Positions 8,078-18,562 of a stretch of 64,000 nt of DNA are shown here, one piece after another. Under the pieces are notes generated by a model. That model was not told the origin of the DNA. It did no database searches and was given only the letters and a program-made list of their open reading frames with translations. The stretch is taken from assembly GCA_946617165.1 (NCBI GenBank), contig CAMOJP010000001.1:2004-66003 (forward strand). The letters run 5' to 3'. The translations under genes and the position numbers were made by a program. The DNA comes from an uncultured Bacteroidales bacterium. GTDB lineage: Bacteria; Bacteroidota; Bacteroidia; Bacteroidales; Paludibacteraceae. Every line of letters begins with the position of its first letter. The first letter of the stretch is position 1.

Positions 8078-11000
8078 TTACTTATTATTCTTTTTCCAGT
8101 TGAAGTCATGTTTGAAGACGAAGCCGATTCCTTCAATCATAGTAGCCTGCCGGAGCGAGTACTTATCTACGGTGTGCGTGTATCCCTTGAGTCGTACTTT
8201 ACCGTTCGGAGTAAGCAGGTACTCTACGTCCAAGTCCCCAAAGAAGGGTTGGTTGGATATATCGTTATATCGATAGCCGAAGTTACCGTTGATGATGAGT
8301 TGGTCCACGGGTTGCAGTTGGAAAACGGCTTCATACTCCTGTGAGGAAGTAGCGCCTTCCCCGTCGGAGCGCACGTTGAAACCGAGTGTAAAGACATTAG
8401 TAATTTTCGAGAGCCAGTTATTTATCTGTCCGGTGATGGTGGAAGAGAGCAGCGAATAGGTATTAGCGGTAGCCTGTGAGGACTGCGCCATGTATTCGGG
8501 CGTAAAGAAGCGTCCGAAGACGAGCAGATAGACGACTTGTCTCATCATCATCTCGTCGGTATTGATTACCGAGCGAATCTGGTTAGCGATGACTTCGTCG
8601 GATTTGGGGAGACTGAGGTCAAATCGTATTATAGGGTCGTTAAGCGGTCCTTCCACATGGACGATGGTAGTGACCGGAATAGAGGTTCTTCCTGAGATGA
8701 GGTTTTGGGTCTCCGTACCGAAGAGGTCTTTGAGCGAAGCGACCACGGTGTATTGTGCAGCGACATTGAGGACCGGTTGTTCCGGGTTCCCGTTCCAAAT
8801 AATCTGTGATCCTTCAGCGATAGTAAATTCGCGGTGGATGAGGTTAGCGACTGTGAGGTCCATTTTTCCTCCGTTGAGGGTATAGGTACCGACGAGTTTG
8901 TAGCTGTCATTGGCATCGTCCATGGAGAATTTGATAGATCCGTCTCCACGCGCCTGGATCATATCTCCCGTAGCTTCGTTGATAACGAGTTGGAAGAGCG
9001 TTTGCGGATCGACATCCACTCCAAGCGCCAGTCTGAAGCGAGAAGGAGTATCATTGACGACAGCCTGTTTGCGTCGTGGTATAACGCGTTTATTGGCAGT
9101 AGGAGTCTGTTGTGTATTCGTTTGCTGCCGGTTGACGAAAGTGATGAACTCATTATCGGCAGCGGAGGAAGCTCCATCGACGGATATACGGAAAGAGGAT
9201 TTCCCGACGGCTTTTGCGTCAGCAGTGAACCTGAGGTCATACTCCGGTCCTTCCAAGAAGAAGTCCCCGTCAGCGTACACATGTCCTCCCATAAACTGTC
9301 CCGCCTTAGCCGGCACATCAAAAGCAAGGGTATGCCTGCAGTGCCCGGCAAGGTCAAGGCTGAAATTACGGAAGTATTCATCGTGTGATATAACTCCGTT
9401 AAAGTAGAGCGGATTGCCTTCATCGTCAGTGAGCGTTATATCAGGGAAGATGATGGAAGTAGAGTCCATAAAGACGGAGTCTGTGAAGTGATACGTACAA
9501 CCGTTATACGGTACGGTGAGCTGTGCGTTGTGCGCGAGGACAGCGATGATAACCCACACTTTCTTTCCCTCTCCGGAGACGGTGACACGTCCTGAAGCCG
9601 TACCGTCGATATTCTCCAAGAAGGGGTCTGTCCAGTGGTTGATAAACCCGAGCGGAATAGAGTCCGGGAATATATCAATAAGGAATCGTCCTTTGGTAGG
9701 TTCGGCGAGTCCGTCCACATGCGCCACTCTATGGAGCCCTTTGTCCACGTTACCGTCAATAAGGATAGAGTTTGTCTTGTGGTCGAGTTCCACCTTAGCG
9801 ACGGCATCTCCGATATGTGCTCCGCACATGACAGCGGAGTCGAGTCGTACTTCGGCTTCAAAGACAGGCGTAGAGAAGATCCCGAATATATTCGCCCATC
9901 CAGTAAGGTCTCCGGAGACAGTAAAGGCTTTCTCAACGAGGACAAACGGCATGAGCAGTCCCAAATCGATATGCGCGAGTTGGATATGTATTGAGTCCTC
10001 CAATCGCGGTGAAGCGACTCCGTCCGCCAGTATATTCTGCGCATGTCCGTATACACGGAAGTGCTGCACGGCAAGCGAAGTGTCCGCCACGCAATAGGTG
10101 AGTCGCGAGTCGTCGATATGATAGACGGAGTCACCGAGTTGCACGACAGAGGGCAATAGATGACTCTCGATAAGCGGCAGTCCTGCATAGTGCGTAAAGT
10201 GGGTAATGATATCAATGGAGCCATTGCTTATATTCGGTGGCATAGCAGCCAGAGACGCATTGAGTTCGAGCGTGTCAGCCGCAGCTTGTGCATTGATATC
10301 GAAGAAGGTACTGTCCATCTCCATGGAGAAGAGGAGTTTGAGGAAGTTGTTATTATTACGCGATGCGAGCGCCACATTATTCATTTCGGCATTGCCTACC
10401 AGCAGTCCGGGCACGCGTGCTTCCAAGTTCCATATCCGGTTCGGTTCGTCAATAATACCCTCAAAAGTAGGATTGTCGGTGAGCATGAACGGCAGTTCGA
10501 GCATCGCCTGCAACAACTCCAAGTCATGTGCACTTACATTGAATGTAACGGTGTTATCAGACGGCGAGGAGACAATAGTGCTGTAGGTATCAGAAGCGAA
10601 AGCGGACGGCAGATGCTGCGCGATAAGTTTCGCCACCGACGTAGGGAGGGTAGTATAAGCAAAATCGCCATCGGCATCGGCGTTGAGGTAATCAGAGCGC
10701 AGTCTCAATGTCTGATGGTTATTGGCATAGCGTGATTTGAGTTCAAAAGACTCCATACGTACCGTATCACCGGCGATACAGAGTTGTACGCCGTTAAGGA
10801 GTGCGGAGAAGGTAGCATGGTCTATATCATGCCCGTAGTAATGTAACGCCGCCGTTCCTGACAGGTCGAAGTCGGGATAGCGTGTAACCAATTGCAGGTT
10901 CTCGGGATGGAACTCCAACAGGACGACATCGGCATCCACCCTTTTATCGTTCTCTCTGAGGTCCGCCTTTCCGTTGATAGAGAGTTTGATATTGGGGTCA

Positions 11001-12481
11001 TCAATAGCAGCCGTAGCCTTGGCGATGAGGTCATCGAGTTCAGCATGGAAGCGGATGTCGGAATAGGTATAATTGCGGAAGGAGAGTTGTTTGATAAGCA
11101 CATCCGCCAATCCTCGCGGTGCATCTTTTTCAGAGAAGTGCCAATTGGTATTGAGCGCGATGGCGATAGGTCCGAGGTCGCTGTTGGCAAGCATTCGTCC
11201 GAGTTGGAACCGCTTGGTGGCGATACGTCCCCGGACATCGATGTCGGAGAAGTCGTGGTTGGCGCTATACGTAGCATCGGTAGTAATGACTCCAAGGGCG
11301 GTACGGAATGCGCCGTGCAGCGTCATACGCCGCACTTGTCCCTGCAGAGTACCTTTATAGTGCGTCTCGCCGAGACGAAGCAATGGTGCGGGCAAGCGGT
11401 ACGGTCTGTTTCTGACATCGGAGATGAAGTCCTGTATAGTAGGCTGATGGACATAGAGATCCTGACAGTTGGCGGTGATATTGATGGAGTCAAGCCGTGG
11501 CAACCCTGATGCGCTGATGTTACCGAGGAACAAACGCTTCTCGTTATAGAAGAGTTCCAAGTTATTGGCATTGACGCTGTCAACCGTACCGGCGAGGTGC
11601 GCCGAGAAAGCGATGATGCCATCCACTTTTGCCCACTCGGGCTCAAAATAGGAGAAGTCACGCGGCGCGACCCGTGCGTGCTCGACATCCAAAGACAGCA
11701 ATATCGAGTCGGCATTCTGGCGGATAAAGGCCAGGAAAGTGTCTCCGCCCTTAGCTGTAGGGAAAGCAGTACGCACGCCTGAAGCATCCACCTGTGAATG
11801 AGGCAACTCAAGGCGCAACGTAGGCAAGGCGATACATGTAGGCGTAGCGATGAGGTGCGCGGAGACGTTATCTATCTGCAACGGCGTATTCGGTCTTGTT
11901 GTGACTTGCACAGACGTGGTGAGATTCTGTATCTCCGCGTCCAGGGAGTCCAACGAGAGGTGGTGCAGCGCGAGGTTCGCCTCCGGTATGCTGATGTTGA
12001 GAGAGTCAAAGCGTGCCTTGACATCCTCTATTCTGATACGATGCAGCTCAACATGCAGTTTGAAGGGTGATCCGATTGTGTCCTTCGAGGCAAACGCATC
12101 GGTCAGGAACTGATAGTTATACTCGCCGGATGGGAGTTGGTAGATGTTCGCACGGACAGTAGAGAGCTCAATAGTCGGGAAGCGGAGGTGGTTGCTTCTA
12201 AGCGCCAAGGGCGAGAAACGCGTGTAGAAGTCCTTGATATACAGGAGCGTATCGCGTTGTTGGTCCTCAATATATATATCCTTAAGGGTGATACGGACGG
12301 GGAAGTCATACTTCACGGAGCCAATGGAGATATTGGTATTGAACCCTCTGCTGAGTTCGTCCGTAGCCAATCGCACAGCCGCCGTCTGAATACGCCCCGA
12401 CTTGAGGAAGATGAGCGACATTCCGAGCGTAATGAGGATACAGCCCAGCAAAGTGAGTAATATGACATATATGCGTCTCAC
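8078..12481 (-). CDS. tamB: Translocation and assembly module protein TamB (DUF490-type C-terminus)
   Basis: 1467 aa with a single N-terminal TM anchor, a long beta-rich body and a conserved C-terminal end. The GTG start overlaps the stop of the upstream PPTase gene (GTGA). Confidence 0.8.
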   Translation of the reverse strand: MRRIYVILLTLLGCILITLGMSLIFLKSGRIQTAAVRLATDELSRGFNTNISIGSVKYDFPVRITLKDIYIEDQQRDTLLYIKDFYTRFSPLALRSNHLRFPTIELSTVRANIYQLPSGEYNYQFLTDAFASKDTIGSPFKLHVELHRIRIEDVKARFDSLNISIPEANLALHHLSLDSLDAEIQNLTTSVQVTTRPNTPLQIDNVSAHLIATPTCIALPTLRLELPHSQVDASGVRTAFPTAKGGDTFLAFIRQNADSILLSLDVEHARVAPRDFSYFEPEWAKVDGIIAFSAHLAGTVDSVNANNLELFYNEKRLFLGNISASGLPRLDSINITANCQDLYVHQPTIQDFISDVRNRPYRLPAPLLRLGETHYKGTLQGQVRRMTLHGAFRTALGVITTDATYSANHDFSDIDVRGRIATKRFQLGRMLANSDLGPIAIALNTNWHFSEKDAPRGLADVLIKQLSFRNYTYSDIRFHAELDDLIAKATAAIDDPNIKLSINGKADLRENDKRVDADVVLLEFHPENLQLVTRYPDFDLSGTAALHYYGHDIDHATFSALLNGVQLCIAGDTVRMESFELKSRYANNHQTLRLRSDYLNADADGDFAYTTLPTSVAKLIAQHLPSAFASDTYSTIVSSPSDNTVTFNVSAHDLELLQAMLELPFMLTDNPTFEGIIDEPNRIWNLEARVPGLLVGNAEMNNVALASRNNNNFLKLLFSMEMDSTFFDINAQAAADTLELNASLAAMPPNISNGSIDIITHFTHYAGLPLIESHLLPSVVQLGDSVYHIDDSRLTYCVADTSLAVQHFRVYGHAQNILADGVASPRLEDSIHIQLAHIDLGLLMPFVLVEKAFTVSGDLTGWANIFGIFSTPVFEAEVRLDSAVMCGAHIGDAVAKVELDHKTNSILIDGNVDKGLHRVAHVDGLAEPTKGRFLIDIFPDSIPLGFINHWTDPFLENIDGTASGRVTVSGEGKKVWVIIAVLAHNAQLTVPYNGCTYHFTDSVFMDSTSIIFPDITLTDDEGNPLYFNGVISHDEYFRNFSLDLAGHCRHTLAFDVPAKAGQFMGGHVYADGDFFLEGPEYDLRFTADAKAVGKSSFRISVDGASSAADNEFITFVNRQQTNTQQTPTANKRVIPRRKQAVVNDTPSRFRLALGVDVDPQTLFQLVINEATGDMIQARGDGSIKFSMDDANDSYKLVGTYTLNGGKMDLTVANLIHREFTIAEGSQIIWNGNPEQPVLNVAAQYTVVASLKDLFGTETQNLISGRTSIPVTTIVHVEGPLNDPIIRFDLSLPKSDEVIANQIRSVINTDEMMMRQVVYLLVFGRFFTPEYMAQSSQATANTYSLLSSTITGQINNWLSKITNVFTLGFNVRSDGEGATSSQEYEAVFQLQPVDQLIINGNFGYRYNDISNQPFFGDLDVEYLLTPNGKVRLKGYTHTVDKYSLRQATMIEGIGFVFKHDFNWKKNNK

Positions 12482-13023
12482 GATTGAGTACAGACAGTAT
12501 AAGCGTAGTTACGTGTGGTTGTAGTAATCAGGTTAGCGTCCCGAGTATTGTCGAGACAATGTTTGGGGTTAGCGATCCCCGTTCCCAGGAACTTGACATA
12601 AGCTTCTTTGCGCGTCCAAATCCGGGTGAAAGCAATCATCGGATTATCCGCCTTGCGGATTGTATCTTGTTCCCTCTCGTTCATAGCGTAGTCAATCAGT
12701 TCGGGCGATACTTCGCGAAAAGACTCGATATCAATACCTATCGGTTTATCATCCACAGCGACGGCAATACCTTGCTTACAATGTGAAATGGAGAAATAAG
12801 GTCCGTCAGGCAGGTAGGGTTTTCCATACTCATTAAACGACCAGGGTTTATCAGGCAGTCCCAGTTCGCGCAACATCAGCCAGGAGCGTAGTGAAGTCCA
12901 CTGTCCGAAAGTGTGCTTATACCGCAACGCCGTTTGTCTCCGTTGTTCAGAGACGAGCGGCAGCAGACGCTTCACTTCGGTGTCTGTGCAGAGAGCCATA
13001 TTATCGTCAATAAGCATGCGCAT
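12478..13023 (-). CDS. 4'-phosphopantetheinyl transferase (Sfp type)
   Basis: Motifs FSISHC, GIDIE and WTRKEAYVKFLGTG are typical of the PPTase superfamily. Confidence 0.8.
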   Translation of the reverse strand: MRMLIDDNMALCTDTEVKRLLPLVSEQRRQTALRYKHTFGQWTSLRSWLMLRELGLPDKPWSFNEYGKPYLPDGPYFSISHCKQGIAVAVDDKPIGIDIESFREVSPELIDYAMNEREQDTIRKADNPMIAFTRIWTRKEAYVKFLGTGIANPKHCLDNTRDANLITTTTRNYAYTVCTQS

Positions 13024-13025
13024 AG

Positions 13026-13661
13026 TCAGTACTGTCTGGCACCGAAGATATCTGTTCCTATACGAATCATATTGGCACCGTCTTGGATAGCAAGCAGGTA
13101 GTCATCGGACATTCCCATGGAACGTATCACGAATTGTTCGTTGCAGTCTGCCAAGTTATTGAGCAGTCGGAAGCAGCGATGTATCTCGTTTGGGTCGTCG
13201 GTGTTGGTAGCCATCGTCATCAGTCCGCAAACGTGGAGGTTGGGGAATTGCTCGAGTTCTATTTGCTTTATCTCATCCGGCAGGAAGCCTGATTTAGTTG
13301 TTTCGTCCGCCGTATGTACCTCCAAGAGTATGTTTACCACGCGTTGAATGCGGGCAGCCTCGGCATTAACAGACTGCATAAGGTGCAGGCTGTCCACCGA
13401 ATGAATAAGATAGACAAACGGTACTATTTGTCGCACTTTATTGGTCTGCAAGTGCCCTATGAAATGCCACCGGATATCCTTCGGCAGCATGGTCTGCTTG
13501 GCGCAGAGTTCCTGCACCCGACTCTCTCCGAAGTCCCGTTCCCCCGCCTCGTAAGCCTCCATAATAGCGGCAGCCGGATGGAACTTACTGACACAAACGA
13601 GTTGCACTCCCTGCGGCAAAGTGGCTCTGATAGCAGCAATATGTTGAGCGATTTCAGACAC
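13026..13661 (-). CDS. YggS-family pyridoxal-phosphate homeostasis protein
   Basis: Motifs LVCVSKFHP, WHFIGHLQTNKV and MGMSDDY. Apparent GTG start. Confidence 0.85.
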   Translation of the reverse strand: MSEIAQHIAAIRATLPQGVQLVCVSKFHPAAAIMEAYEAGERDFGESRVQELCAKQTMLPKDIRWHFIGHLQTNKVRQIVPFVYLIHSVDSLHLMQSVNAEAARIQRVVNILLEVHTADETTKSGFLPDEIKQIELEQFPNLHVCGLMTMATNTDDPNEIHRCFRLLNNLADCNEQFVIRSMGMSDDYLLAIQDGANMIRIGTDIFGARQY

Positions 13662-13663
13662 GA

Positions 13664-14080
13664 TTAGTTGACGGCTCTAATAACTTCCAAAATAGGAGTG
13701 CGGGCAACAGAGACGATTTCGCAATCGTATCCGTTCATAGCCTGCGAGAGGTTCTTCATCGCGTGTGCCGCTGTGGTAGCTTGCACGAGTACAGTGACTG
13801 TACGGCGCGATTCTTTACCGCTATCCTCGACAGTGATGAGTTCGACACGACCTTTATACCACTTATCCGCCTCCGGTGAGGTGATGATTTCAAAGAACTG
13901 TTTCTTGGTGCAAGACGGCATCTCAAAATCACCAAAGATAAGGGGTTTGATTTGCTCGAGCAGGCGTTTCTCCACATCAGCAGGAGTCAGCCCCTCCACA
14001 AGATAAGTTTCTTTCACATTACCGGGGTTATCTTCTCCGGTTTGGCGTTGGTAAACAACTTTGATTTCGTAGAATAACAT
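13664..14080 (-). CDS. DUF4494-like protein
   Basis: 138 aa. The pattern YE.KV.Y....G........YLV..L....E.R, then WYK..V.....D..GKE.R, matches my memory of the DUF4494 family. Confidence 0.65.
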   Translation of the reverse strand: MLFYEIKVVYQRQTGEDNPGNVKETYLVEGLTPADVEKRLLEQIKPLIFGDFEMPSCTKKQFFEIITSPEADKWYKGRVELITVEDSGKESRRTVTVLVQATTAAHAMKNLSQAMNGYDCEIVSVARTPILEVIRAVN

Positions 14081-14092
14081 ATTGTTTGTATT

Positions 14093-15562
14093 TTATTTGA
14101 CCAAGTTAATAATATCGGTAGCGGAGAGTTGTCCGTCCGGGAACTGCAGGAAATTAGCAGACCAGAACATAATGGGCACTGTCGGGTTCGCTTCAAGCAC
14201 ATTGTCGATAGTAGTCTTATCGTTCTCGCACAATCTCCATCCAGGCAGTAAGGTAAAGACGACATCCCCCGTTTGTTTTTTATTGAGCGAAGAAGCGAGG
14301 TCGGGATACAGAATAGCCTCGTTCTGCGGGAAAGCGGCCTGCACTCCCTCAAAGTCCAGCAAGAAATCAGCCACTTGCCGCTGTATTGTCTCAAGCGACA
14401 GTTTCTTTTGAGCGATAAGGGTGCGGTTCAGGTAGATACTATTACCATAACCACCGTTGACCCACCTTTCGTGTCCATAGAGCGCCATAAGGAAAGTAGA
14501 AGTGAGTGCTGCAGCCCTGTCTATATTGAAGTCCTTAGCCGGCAGTCCCGCCAGTTGCATCGTTTTTTGCCCTATTCCCAAGACCGGACGACCGACTATC
14601 AGGAACTCCACGTTTTGCTTTCCCAACCGTTTGATGAGTTGGTCCATAAGGAAGCCGAGATCTTGGTTCAGCCAAAGATGTATATCCTCCTGTTCGGCAG
14701 ATTGGATACGGTCAGCCTGTGCGTTAGGCGTAATGGTATTGAGTTGGAGGAAGAGCAAATCGGGCGTAACATCCGTACCTAATCCTTCTGCTTTCTGCAG
14801 TGCGAGCGCGAGTTCGATGACCAATGTGTTCGCCGCAGGCGAGTGAGTCAGTACCTCGCCGTTTTTGTAAGAGAAGGGCTTACGAATCTCTTCAGCAGTA
14901 GGTGAGGTATAAGATGTTATATTCATACGCGGAGTCCATTGCTTATCCGCCAGTTCGTTAAAGCGCTCACTCATATTCATCTCGTCCGCTACGGAAGGCA
15001 ACCCGATAGGATAGAAAGAGGTACTTGCCCAAACCCGTTTATCAGGATTGATCCAACAGCAAGCATTAGCACTATGTCCGGCCAAGAGGATGGTTGTTTG
15101 TGGTTGGATACCGATAGCGAATATTTTTGCTTTCTCCCCAACCCGCATCCTGAAATTATCTCCCATTGTCGGTGCCAAGAGAGCAGCCGGGGAATAAGGC
15201 ACAGAAGTACCAATACCTTTTTGGTTATCGTCCTGCAGGAGTATGTGTACACGTCTGTCGGCACGAGAGAAATAGTTATCCATCGCATAGCCATGCCGGG
15301 CAGGTGTAGTGCCTGTAACGATAGTAGCAGTGGTTTCATTACCGCCATAAACGAGATGAGGGAAAGAGCATGTTGTCTGATAAGCTTCCTCGCTTAGTGT
15401 ACGCAGTCCTCCTTGTTGCCAATAAGGGCGTAATTGGTCCAGATTATCTTGCCGCAAGCCGTCAACAACAACCACAACAGTGAGCCGTGGAGAAGCATCA
15501 AGTGCCGAGGCAACAAGCAGGCATATGCCAATTAACGCAGTATGTATATAAGTCTTAAGCAT
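14093..15562 (-). CDS. Alkaline phosphatase / nucleotide pyrophosphatase-family exported enzyme
   Basis: Signal peptide MLKTYIHTALIGICLLVASA, then VVVVDGLRQD, a type I phosphodiesterase-like metal site. Start trimmed to ATG 15562, which leaves a 31-nt overlap with the upstream gene. Confidence 0.7.
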   Translation of the reverse strand: MLKTYIHTALIGICLLVASALDASPRLTVVVVVDGLRQDNLDQLRPYWQQGGLRTLSEEAYQTTCSFPHLVYGGNETTATIVTGTTPARHGYAMDNYFSRADRRVHILLQDDNQKGIGTSVPYSPAALLAPTMGDNFRMRVGEKAKIFAIGIQPQTTILLAGHSANACCWINPDKRVWASTSFYPIGLPSVADEMNMSERFNELADKQWTPRMNITSYTSPTAEEIRKPFSYKNGEVLTHSPAANTLVIELALALQKAEGLGTDVTPDLLFLQLNTITPNAQADRIQSAEQEDIHLWLNQDLGFLMDQLIKRLGKQNVEFLIVGRPVLGIGQKTMQLAGLPAKDFNIDRAAALTSTFLMALYGHERWVNGGYGNSIYLNRTLIAQKKLSLETIQRQVADFLLDFEGVQAAFPQNEAILYPDLASSLNKKQTGDVVFTLLPGWRLCENDKTTIDNVLEANPTVPIMFWSANFLQFPDGQLSATDIINLVK

Positions 15563-16458
15563 AGATGTATCAAAGGGAATAAAAACAGTCTCCAGTTGAA
15601 TCCCACTAAAGGATGAATAGAGAAAAAGGTTAAGAATATCACTACAGCGAACAGCACCAAATAAATCACAATAAACGGAAGGTCTATATACCACGACCAT
15701 TTATCGCGTCTTAGGTCTATTATATTGACCGTCAGGAAGAAGAAGACAAACAGGACTAATCCCACGTACCACGTTTTATACCAAGGTGTAGGTGCAATAG
15801 TGAAGGGCTCTATATAACTATCCTTAACGACCGGTGTTCCGTCGGGTAAGACAGCCTGCTGCAGATACAGCATGAGTGCCTCGGGCAGGAAGAAACGGTC
15901 ATCGCCGCTCATAGGCAGGTCTGCGCGTGCCCCAAAAATCATATTAATAGCGAAGTCCGCCCAAGAATCTTTACCTGTATAATGCTGCAAATAACGGCGA
16001 TAAGTCACTCCCTGCCAATCGGCATAAGGTGAATTAATAGAGTCTCCTAAGACGCGCTTGATTTGGTCGTAGGCCCGGGTTGCACAATTGTCAAAAACAA
16101 AATTATATAAGTACGATCTGTTCTCAGGACGATAGTTTGTCCACAATGCATTCGCCAGTTCTTTTGCTTGTGATTCAGAAAGATTGAGTTGCTGCTCATA
16201 AACGGTCCTGTTCTCCAATGCATTATCCTCCATAAACCACTTGGTAGGATCTATGCCCAACTGGTAATAGGTCTCTCCCTTGACAAATTTCCAGTAGAAA
16301 TGATCGGTATTGAAGGTAAAGACGCCGTAGTTGAAGACGAAATCCACATGCTTATCCGTATCTTGCACACGGATAGCCGTGTGTCCGTAACGCGAGTACA
16401 ACTCTTGTCCGGGCGTACACGTCAGAAGCGATATGTATATAACCAGAAGTTTAAGCAT
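15532..16458 (-). CDS. DUF4105 (Lnb N-terminal periplasmic domain) protein with C-terminal TM segments
   Basis: The N-terminal motif ELYSRYGHTAIRV...FNYG.F is typical of DUF4105. The C-terminus is hydrophobic. Confidence 0.7.
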   Translation of the reverse strand: MLKLLVIYISLLTCTPGQELYSRYGHTAIRVQDTDKHVDFVFNYGVFTFNTDHFYWKFVKGETYYQLGIDPTKWFMEDNALENRTVYEQQLNLSESQAKELANALWTNYRPENRSYLYNFVFDNCATRAYDQIKRVLGDSINSPYADWQGVTYRRYLQHYTGKDSWADFAINMIFGARADLPMSGDDRFFLPEALMLYLQQAVLPDGTPVVKDSYIEPFTIAPTPWYKTWYVGLVLFVFFFLTVNIIDLRRDKWSWYIDLPFIVIYLVLFAVVIFLTFFSIHPLVGFNWRLFLFPLIHLCLRLIYILR

Positions 16459-16459
16459 G

Positions 16460-17092
16460 TTATAGTATTCCTATCAAGTAAGTGGGGGTAAAAGTCATGA
16501 TTATTCCTAATATGAAACCTGCAATGACTTGTAAAGGAGTGTGTGCGTTCAGGTACAGGCGCGCGTACATAAGAACGAGTGCAAGCCCCAATATCACAGC
16601 AATAGTTCCTATGGGTAAGGGCAAACTATAGTTAAACGTATAAGCCAATACCCCTCCTAACAAGCCGCCAAGTCCTGATAAGTGCGCCGATATTTTCCAC
16701 CGGCTGTTGATGAGCAAAATCAGTCCCAACGCAATCGTAGCTCCGACACCGATGAGACTGACGAAAGGAGCATAGATGATTTTATAGAGGAAATAGCACC
16801 AGCAGGCATAGCATATAAGCGTATAGAGGTAAACAGGCGTTCGCTCCGGGGCATTGGAGATACTGATGTCACTGATGGTACCTCGCCAGCGCCGGATCAG
16901 CATAAGCGAGAGCGGTATTAAAGCAGTGATGACGAATGTACCGCTACAAGCCACTAACCAATAGACCCGCGGTAGCGGCACTTGGTTGCTGTTAAAGGCA
17001 GCGCAGAAACATACCATGCCGTAAGTAGGCATAAAGAGCGGATGTAAGATAGCGCTCAGGGTCATGGACAATATGTGTAGAACCGACTTCAT
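16460..17092 (-). CDS. PAP2-family membrane phosphatase
   Basis: Six-TM protein with degenerate PAP2 motifs (..PERTP.., ..SAHLSG.., ..ARLYLNAHTPLQV..). Confidence 0.65.
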   Translation of the reverse strand: MKSVLHILSMTLSAILHPLFMPTYGMVCFCAAFNSNQVPLPRVYWLVACSGTFVITALIPLSLMLIRRWRGTISDISISNAPERTPVYLYTLICYACWCYFLYKIIYAPFVSLIGVGATIALGLILLINSRWKISAHLSGLGGLLGGVLAYTFNYSLPLPIGTIAVILGLALVLMYARLYLNAHTPLQVIAGFILGIIMTFTPTYLIGIL

Positions 17093-18562
17093 TTATGCTT
17101 GTTTGCGCAGCCGCGCTACCGGAATATCTAACTGTTCTCTATATTTAGCAACCGTTCTGCGTGCGATGGGGAATCCTGCTTTCGTCAACAGTTCCACTAT
17201 TGCATCATCGTTGAGCGGATTCTGTTTGTCTTCACCTGCAATAATCTCCGCCAATTTATCTTTTATCTCACGCGTGGAGACTTCTTCTCCTTCGGAGTTA
17301 GTCATTGAATCGACGAAGAAGTGTTTGAGAGGGAATATACCGAACTCTGTCTGTACATATTTCGAGTTGCATACACGCGAGATGGTAGATATATCATAAC
17401 CCGTAGCATCTGCGATGTCTTGCATCTTCATTGGTTTCAGACTTGCATCATCTCCTTCAAGGAAATAGTCTTTTTGCCGTTGGAGGATAGCGGTCATTGT
17501 CTTTTTGAGCGTCTCATTGCGCAGTTTGATAGCTTCAATAAAGGTATAAGCCGAATTAATTTTCTCCTTTAGGAAGAGAGCCGTAGCACGACGTTCTTTG
17601 GAGTTGGACTGCGCCTGATCGTTAAGCATATCCCTATATTCCCTGCTCACGTGCAGTTCCGTCACTTCGCCGGTATTAAGGGTGAGGAAAAGTTCACCAT
17701 CTCTATTCTCCACGAAGAAGTCCGGGATAATGGTTGACATCTTTCCCTCATAGGTATTCCCATTAAATGTGTTCGCAGGTTTTTGATTAAGATGCAATAT
17801 CTCATTGACAGCCGCCTTAAACTGGTCATCGTCCACGTTCAGTTTAGCCTTGATAAAATCAAAGCGGTGGCGTGAGAACGCCTCAAAGCAACGTTCTAAG
17901 ATACGCTGAGCCAATTCGTTAGTCGGGCTGTCAGGTTTCTCGCGTAACTGTTTAAGCAAGCACTCTTGCAGGTCATACGAAGCCACCCCCGGCGGATCGA
18001 ACTCTTTGATTTGGTTTACGATATCCGTCATTTCGTCGTCGGAAACGGTCAATCCTTCCTGGAAAGCCAAATCGTCCACCAATTGTTCGATTGTACGCCG
18101 TAAGAATCCGTCCTCATCAATATTACCGAGCACCCACTTAGCGATATGGCGCTGCGGTTTGGTCATGTGGGTGAGGTATATCTGCTGCTTGAGGTATTCG
18201 GTAAACGAAGTGCTACCTGAATATTGTATATCCTCTGTCGATGAGTCTGCCGAATAGTTATTCGTACGCAAGGAGTAATCCGGAGTTTCATCGTCGTTAA
18301 CGTAGTCATCGTAGTTAAAGTCATCATTCTGCAGCGGATTATTGTATTCATCCTCCTCGCCGAAATCATTCTCGTCGAATTTCTCCGCCTGGACTTCTTC
18401 AGGGTCACGTCCTTCCTCTAAGACCGGATTTTCCTGAAGTTCTTCGTTAATACGCTGCTGCAAGTCACACGAAGGCAACTCAAGCAACTTGATTACCTGA
18501 ATCTGCGACGGTGTCAGTTTGGCCTGCAGTCGTTGCTGTTGTGTGACTGATAACTTACTCAT
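17093..18562 (-). CDS. rpoN: RNA polymerase sigma-54 factor
   Basis: Gln/Leu-rich region I, an acidic linker and a C-terminal RpoN box (ARRTVAKYR). Confidence 0.92.
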   Translation of the reverse strand: MSKLSVTQQQRLQAKLTPSQIQVIKLLELPSCDLQQRINEELQENPVLEEGRDPEEVQAEKFDENDFGEEDEYNNPLQNDDFNYDDYVNDDETPDYSLRTNNYSADSSTEDIQYSGSTSFTEYLKQQIYLTHMTKPQRHIAKWVLGNIDEDGFLRRTIEQLVDDLAFQEGLTVSDDEMTDIVNQIKEFDPPGVASYDLQECLLKQLREKPDSPTNELAQRILERCFEAFSRHRFDFIKAKLNVDDDQFKAAVNEILHLNQKPANTFNGNTYEGKMSTIIPDFFVENRDGELFLTLNTGEVTELHVSREYRDMLNDQAQSNSKERRATALFLKEKINSAYTFIEAIKLRNETLKKTMTAILQRQKDYFLEGDDASLKPMKMQDIADATGYDISTISRVCNSKYVQTEFGIFPLKHFFVDSMTNSEGEEVSTREIKDKLAEIIAGEDKQNPLNDDAIVELLTKAGFPIARRTVAKYREQLDIPVARLRKQA